Below, one piece after another: positions 60,936-64,000 of a DNA stretch of 64,000 bases. This DNA is from an uncultured bacterium (GTDB lineage: Bacteria > Verrucomicrobiota > Kiritimatiellia > CAIKKV01). The notes beneath the pieces are model-generated. The model was not told the origin of the DNA. It ran no database searches and worked only from the letters and a program-made list of their open reading frames with translations. The stretch covers positions 40,649 through 104,648 of the forward strand of contig CALHRZ010000019.1 of assembly GCA_938038445.1 (NCBI GenBank). Direction: 5' to 3'. A program made the position numbers and the translations under genes. How positions within the stretch are numbered: the stretch's first letter is position 1; every line of letters begins with the position of its first letter.

Positions 60936-61843
60936 TGCGAAGGGTACTTCCCTTTCTTGGATCGGAGTTTCCACCGGTTTCTCGCGAGCAGGCATATTTT
61001 GAAATTATTCCTGCGCCGATGGAAGTGAGTGTCTCGTATGGCAGAGGGGCGGCCGGCGGGCCGGCGGCGATTCTTGCAGCTTCCCAGCAGTTGGATCCGT
61101 TGGAGGAGGGAAGTTGTCCGGGAGCGGTGGGCATTTACACGGGTATGACAGTTTCCTGTCGGGGATCGGCGGCGGCAATTTTAAAACGAATTGAGGGGCG
61201 AGTTTTCGAAGCAATTCGGGGGAGGAGGGTTCCGGTCGTGTTGGGGGGAGAACACACCGTGACGTTGGGGGCGATTCGAGCGTTGCACCGGGCGGGGCAG
61301 CGTTTGGGGATTCTTCAACTGGATGCCCATGCGGATTTGCGGGATTGTTACGAGGGCAATCCGTACAGTCATGCGTGCGTGATGCGTCGAGCGGTTGAGG
61401 AGACCGGCGTTCCGTTGATGCAGCTTGGTGTTCGGACTGTGTGTGAGGAAGAGGTTGCGTTTCGTCGAGAGCGGGCCATCGGGCATCGGGATGCGGCGGT
61501 GTTGGAACGGTTTCCGGGGTATTGGTGGCGGCCCCTTCCGGTGGATTTTCCGGAGGCGTTGTATCTGACGGTCGATGTGGACGGGTTGGATCCTTCTGTC
61601 ATTCCCGCCACGGGGACGCCGGTCCCGGGAGGGTTGAGGTGGTCGGAGGCTCTGGCGCTTCTTTGGGCGCTGAGTGCGGGTCGGAGGGTGATCGGGTTCG
61701 ATGTGGTGGAACTTGCGCCTCGGCGTGGAGATCGGGTTTCCGATTTTGCCGCCGCCCGCTTGGTTTATTCTCTCATGAGGCTATGTCTTCGAACGAAGAG
61801 GGATTTTGAGATTGAGGTCCGAGTCGGGAAATGGTATAGTTGA
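60932..61843 (+). CDS. speB: agmatinase (arginase/ureohydrolase family)
   Basis: Mn-ligand motifs GGEHTVT, QLDAHADLR and LTVDVDGLDPS. ATGA overlap with the nspC stop. Confidence 0.9.
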   Translation: MMRRVLPFLGSEFPPVSREQAYFEIIPAPMEVSVSYGRGAAGGPAAILAASQQLDPLEEGSCPGAVGIYTGMTVSCRGSAAAILKRIEGRVFEAIRGRRVPVVLGGEHTVTLGAIRALHRAGQRLGILQLDAHADLRDCYEGNPYSHACVMRRAVEETGVPLMQLGVRTVCEEEVAFRRERAIGHRDAAVLERFPGYWWRPLPVDFPEALYLTVDVDGLDPSVIPATGTPVPGGLRWSEALALLWALSAGRRVIGFDVVELAPRRGDRVSDFAAARLVYSLMRLCLRTKRDFEIEVRVGKWYS

Positions 61844-61876
61844 AAGTGAAAATTTTAAGGTGTTCTTTTCCAGAGT

Positions 61877-62233
61877 GGGGGCGCACTGGTTTCGACGGGA
61901 GAGTGGAAACCATGGCGGCGCGCCGAGGTCTCCGGTTGGCCTCGTAAAAAAACCGGAAACCAACACAAACGCCGACGAAAGTCTGGCTCTTGCGGCTTAA
62001 TCACCCGCAACGTCCCGCCGTCCACGCCTGCTAGGCGGATCGGGACGTCAGCAGCAGGCTGGCCGTGCGATTGAGCGACCGGATGGCGCGGCGAGACCTT
62101 TTCGTGGACGCTGGTTTCGGGGCAAGCCTGTCCGTGGGCATTCTCCGAAACGAGACCTCAAACACGGAACACGCGCGTAGAAGTCATGGGGACCCTTTTT
62201 CGGACGGGGGTTCGATTCCCCCCGCCTCCACCA
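61877..62233 (+). ncRNA. ssrA: tmRNA (SsrA)
   Basis: 5-prime GGGGGCGCACTGGTTTCGACGGG. 3-prime tRNA-like end GGACGGGGGTTCGATTCCCCCCGCCTCCACCA, with a G3:U acceptor pair (GGGGGCG/CGCCTCC). Internal tag ORF ...GCCGACGAAAGTCTGGCTCTTGCGGCTTAA encodes ...ADESLALAA followed by a stop codon, ending at 62000. Confidence 0.93.
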
Positions 62234-62348
62234 ACTTTTTTGTTATTTTTTCATTTTTACGATTGTGTTTTTTTTCCTTTGAATTACAATCTCCCCATCG
62301 TAATCCCAACGTTGCGACCTGAGTTCTCGGATGGCAAGGAGCGGAAGG

Positions 62349-64000
62349 ATGAAGCGGCGATTCAGGAAGTTTCTGTGGATTCTGTGCACGGTCGGATCTA
62401 CGGCGGCCGCCGAGGCGCCTCTCGCAACGTTTCCGATGGCCCCTGGGGAGTTTTCCCCCTTGTGGAAGGTGGTGGACACGAATAGCGTGTGGGCGCTTCG
62501 GCCGGTTGAGGACGAGCTGCTTGGTTATCCGGTCTGGGATGTTTACGGATTGCCGTTTGATGCGCGTACCCAGCGGGGAAAATCACGGAGTTTGATGATC
62601 CGCTATGGCGCAGGGTGGACTTCGGACTGTTATGTCGTGGAGGCATTGGTTCGATTTCCTGTGGTGGAGAGCGGCCGGTCGAACCGTCCTCATGCGATCA
62701 TGACGCTTCTTCTTTCGGTGGGTCTGATAGGGGAAGGAGAATCGTCCGTTCCGGCTTATGGTCTCGAAGTTGGCGTGGGCGGATTTTCGGCCGGCGGCGG
62801 CCGGCTGTATTCGGTGTTGGGTTGGACGGGAAAAGGAAATGGCGCATCACCCTGGACGGTGTCGGGGCGGGTGGTTCCCAATCTCACTCCTGCCGATATC
62901 TCGCCCTTTTCCCCCGAAATGTTTCGGTTGGAAACGGAAGCCGAGTTGGACCGGATGCCCCGATTGGACGCGATGTGGATTCCCTTGAGAATTGAGGTCT
63001 GGCGCTCGTTTGTTCGAATGTATGCGCACGGGTGGCTTGTGGCCGAAAAATCGGCCGATCGGGATGTCCAAGGCGCGGTTGCCATCGAGTTCCGGGGTCC
63101 AGCCCGACTGGCCGCGCTGACGGTTCGGGCGCGTGATGCGAACGCGACGGCGGGATTTGTCCCTGTCCCACTGGATGCGCGTTGCAACGGAACGTCCCGC
63201 TTGAGCCGAGAGGGTGGAGAAGCATTGCGAGGCGACCAGGTCCTTCACGGCATTCCCTGGGTTCTTCCAACCGGCTCACCTTTCGACTTCGTTGACGTTG
63301 GCCAAAGCGTTTTCCGATTTCGGATGGGGACATCCTACTCGGCGCATTTTGATCCCCGCGTGACCACCCCGGAGCCGAACCGATTCGAACCGGGCCGTAT
63401 TCAACTCATTGTGCCGGCGCGGGCTTATCGTCGAGCGTGGTTATTGGCGGCGGCCGAGGAGAAGCCGCATCATGTCCCCCGCGTCACGCTCCGCTTTTAC
63501 AAGCCGTACACGGCTTGGTCTGTGGATGCGGCGGCGCAAGTTCCTTCTTACGCCGAGGATTTTTCCGGCGACGCCATCCAATCGGTTCTCGTCCAGGATT
63601 TGGCTGGGCGGACGCGGCGGTTGTGGTTGGTTCCCGTCGAATTGGACGCGGCCCATCTGGCGGCGGAGTTTCAGGGGGAGGACGGAATGGCCTTGGAACT
63701 GACCAAAGAGATTCGTCCCAACATCGGGTGGCCTGACCCGGCAAATTATTCCTATCAAGCCGGCGGGCTTCCCAGTAGCGTGCATCTTTACGGGTTGACG
63801 CTGGAAGAGGCGCCGGTATGGGCGTATGGGACCAGCGGTGCTCATGGCAACACCTTCACGGATCCTCAAACGCCGGTCTGGCAGGTCCTGGTATCGAATC
63901 AGACGGACCGTCCCTTGCGGCCCGTCGTTGAGGTGGCGGTGATAACTCCTTATGGCGAATCCGCCGACCGCCTTCAGCAGACGGTTTCGCTGGCTGCACG
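62349..64000 (+). CDS. secreted hypothetical protein, 3-prime end beyond the window; not in the supplied ORF track
   Basis: I translated frame 3 by hand from ATG 62349 to the window end and found about 550 codons with no stop. AAGGAG lies 7 nt upstream. Signal peptide MKRRFRKFLWILCTVGSTAAAEA. The track apparently omits open-ended ORFs. Confidence 0.7.
   Translation, partial: MKRRFRKFLWILCTVGSTAAAEAPLATFPMAPGEFSPLWKVVDTNSVWALRPVEDELLGYPVWDVYGLPFDARTQRGKSRSLMIRYGAGWTSDCYVVEALVRFPVVESGRSNRPHAIMTLLLSVGLIGEGESSVPAYGLEVGVGGFSAGGGRLYSVLGWTGKGNGASPWTVSGRVVPNLTPADISPFSPEMFRLETEAELDRMPRLDAMWIPLRIEVWRSFVRMYAHGWLVAEKSADRDVQGAVAIEFRGPARLAALTVRARDANATAGFVPVPLDARCNGTSRLSREGGEALRGDQVLHGIPWVLPTGSPFDFVDVGQSVFRFRMGTSYSAHFDPRVTTPEPNRFEPGRIQLIVPARAYRRAWLLAAAEEKPHHVPRVTLRFYKPYTAWSVDAAAQVPSYAEDFSGDAIQSVLVQDLAGRTRRLWLVPVELDAAHLAAEFQGEDGMALELTKEIRPNIGWPDPANYSYQAGGLPSSVHLYGLTLEEAPVWAYGTSGAHGNTFTDPQTPVWQVLVSNQTDRPLRPVVEVAVITPYGESADRLQQTVSLAA

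Noticed and set aside
1-64000. Search for CRISPR arrays, IS/transposase, integrase, phage, toxin-antitoxin or restriction genes
   Set aside because: I saw no regularly spaced direct repeats and no ORF with transposase, recombinase, Cas, RT or nuclease motifs. The only dispersed repeat noticed is the 25-mer at 26222 and 51335. This was an eyeball scan, not an exhaustive repeat computation.

Overview
Gene-dense, visibly GC-rich chromosomal segment of a diderm bacterium. I did not compute GC content. LpxD, an outer-membrane beta-barrel, alpha-2-macroglobulin and MacB/FtsX-type ABC modules indicate the diderm envelope. A DUF2764-containing V-type ATPase operon, large secreted FN3 proteins and DPDEDG...TDPLD tails suggest the PVC group (Verrucomicrobiota/Kiritimatiellota/Lentisphaerota-like), but that placement is inference only. 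I support about 48 protein genes, tRNA-His, tmRNA, one decayed pseudogene, one leader-peptide attenuator and two sigma70-like promoters. I see no rRNA, CRISPR array, transposase, integrase or phage genes. Layout by block: lpxD(partial)-galE-pncC-recA-alaS-small Cys/repeat protein (1-5618, +); secreted FN3 protein (5622-8006, -); DMT-like transporter (8200-9087, +); V-ATPase operon E-DUF2764-A-B-D-I-K (16237-9105, -); ilvBN with a Val/Leu/Ile leader attenuator, then prepilin peptidase (16361-19687, +); a four-gene flavin/NAD redox cluster (26086-19684, -) divergent from a DUF4838/GH2-CBM-like gene (26316-28787, +); a 21.8-kb minus-strand run (50573-28784) of sugar-phosphate isomerase, 2049-aa thioester alpha-2-macroglobulin, HflX and the main candidate system; a decayed FAD-oxidoreductase remnant, tRNA-His, and a Deg protease / pseudoprotease / small OMP trio (50690-55049); hisHF, a complete speA-CASDH-CASDC-speB polyamine operon and tmRNA (55245-62233, +); and an open-ended secreted-protein gene missing from the supplied ORF track (62349-64000, +). 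The main candidate for an undescribed system is the 13.6-kb, eight-gene, translationally coupled operon at 42354-28784. It encodes two MacB/LolD-type ATPases, a PqqD-like peptide-binding protein, a 1668-aa protein that fuses a degenerate M28/PA-like domain to an FtsX permease, two paralogous polytopic proteins (one carrying a roughly 370-aa coiled-coil insert), a minimal FtsX permease and a soluble orphan. All product calls come from by-eye motif recognition; no database search was possible.
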